From positions 3,204-67,203 of the forward strand of contig DAHUYE010000041.1 of NCBI GenBank assembly GCA_027315345.1: 64,000 nucleotides of DNA. The letters are read 5' to 3'. The translations under genes and the position numbers were made by a program. Below are positions 63,216 to 64,000 of the stretch, piece after piece (positions within the stretch are counted from its first letter, which is position 1; the number at the start of each line of letters is the position of its first letter). This DNA is from Actinomycetota bacterium. GTDB taxonomy: Bacteria; Actinomycetota; Acidimicrobiia; Acidimicrobiales; JAJPHE01. The notes below the pieces were generated by a model. It made no database searches, had not been told where the DNA came from, and was given only the letters and a program-made list of their open reading frames with translations.

Positions 63216-64000
63216 ACGCTTGGGCCGCCCTCTGCGCCGCCGCCGCCGTCTGGTCGGGCGTCGAGTGGTTCCGGGGTGGCGATGGGCTGAGGTGGGCCGG
63301 AACCCCATGGCTTCGGCGGACCGCCGGCTCGGGCAAGGTCTCTCGCCAGGTCTGGCTGTCCCAAGCTGGAGCGGCGGTAACGCCCCGTCAGTTCTGGGCG
63401 GTTTCGGCGGTAGTGGCGGTGGTGGCCGTCGGCGTTCTCTTCCTGGTGGACCACACCGTGGTGGTGGCCGTCATACCGGCGGTGGGGGCGGGGTCGGCGC
63501 CCTACGCCTACTGGTCCGCCCAGCGACGCCGTCGGGCCAACGCCAGGCTCGAGGCGTGGCCGGAGGCCCTGCGCCAGGTGATCGGACAACTCGAGTCGGG
63601 AGCCTCGACCCTGCACGACGCACTCGAGAGCCTGGCCGTGGCCGGCCCCCCGGCCCTCATGGCTCCGATGGGCCGTTATGTCCGGCTGGCCGGGCGGGTG
63701 GGCTATCGCCAAGCCCTGGAGGCGGTGCGGATGGAGCTGGCCGACCCCATCTCCGACCCGGTGCTGTTGACCTTCGCCATGGCAGTGGAGGAAGGGACCG
63801 ACCAGGTCCTTCGCATCCTGTCCAGCCTGATCCACCAGATCGAGGGCGATCTGCAGCTGGCCGAACGGATCAGGACGGTCCAGACGCAGTCTCGGATCGC
63901 CACCTGGGCGGTCTTCGCCGTTCCTTACGTCCTGTTGGTGTTCCTGTGTGCCACCCAGTCGTTCTACCGGCGGTTCTTCTCTGAACCGGTGGGTCTGGCC
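63212..64000 (+). CDS. tadB: TadB-type (T2SS F-family) pilus membrane platform protein, 5' part (runs off the window)
   Basis: Not in the track (no stop). GTG 63212 overlaps the tadA stop (GTGA). Translation VNAWAALCAAAAVWSG...WPEALRQVIGQLESGASTLHDALESLA...ADPISDPVLLTFAMAVEEG...IRTVQTQSRIATWAVFAVPYVLL fits T2SSF. The track ORF 63193-63984 is in a different, Arg-rich frame. Confidence 0.75.
   Translation, partial: MNAWAALCAAAAVWSGVEWFRGGDGLRWAGTPWLRRTAGSGKVSRQVWLSQAGAAVTPRQFWAVSAVVAVVAVGVLFLVDHTVVVAVIPAVGAGSAPYAYWSAQRRRRANARLEAWPEALRQVIGQLESGASTLHDALESLAVAGPPALMAPMGRYVRLAGRVGYRQALEAVRMELADPISDPVLLTFAMAVEEGTDQVLRILSSLIHQIEGDLQLAERIRTVQTQSRIATWAVFAVPYVLLVFLCATQSFYRRFFSEPVGLA

Noticed and set aside
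63193-63984. 263-aa ORF from the track at the right end
   Set aside because: The frame is Arg/Gly-rich and motif-free. The adjacent frame starting at GTG 63212 gives a convincing TadB/T2SS-F membrane protein and stays open to the window end, so that frame was annotated instead.

Overview
Very GC-rich actinobacterial chromosome segment centred on the replication origin. The conserved core follows mycobacterial-type synteny. On the left are a PBP (partial), DUF5318, PadR, ino1, cca, DUF6049, murJ, trxB and trxA. These are followed by parB-parA (two parS sites), rsmG, jag, yidC, yidD, rnpA and rpmH on the minus strand. On the plus strand come dnaA, oriC (DnaA boxes plus an AT-rich DUE in the dnaA-dnaN spacer), dnaN, recF, dciA (DUF721), gyrB, gyrA, DUF3566 and tRNA-Ile(GAT). 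gyrA is interrupted at the active-site Tyr by a 427-aa LAGLIDADG intein. Right of the tRNA the content is accessory. (i) A sulfur-trafficking/persulfide module (CstB-like dioxygenase-rhodanese, TusA, DsrE, rhodanese-MBL, ArsR regulator) lies next to a Mo-bisPGD oxidoreductase. Its FeS and NrfD subunits are fused and its catalytic subunit has no Tat signal, so it should face the cytoplasm; I propose it is SoeABC-like. (ii) pntAA-pntAB-pntB transhydrogenase. (iii) A divergent pair of citrate-synthase paralogues carries N-terminal CBS and HTH modules, separated by an AT-rich array of palindromes. (iv) Cell-wall proteins: a 3D-domain protein with a long structured leader, a beta-propeller-repeat/glycosidase-like protein and a RipA-like NlpC/P60. 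(v) The start of a Tad pilus locus (cpaB, a tadZ-like gene with a degenerate P-loop, tadA/cpaF, tadB partial). A secreted Ser/Thr-rich protein plus a C-terminally anchored two-domain surface protein (5.9-8.2 kb) resembles Firmicute WxL/DUF916 surface-complex loci. A 66-nt double-hairpin element occurs twice, just after two unrelated stop codons, with a compensatory stem substitution between the copies. No CRISPR array, transposase, integrase or rRNA was seen. Many long ORFs in the six-frame track are antisense or off-frame artefacts of the high GC content. All family assignments come from motif recognition by eye, not from database searches.
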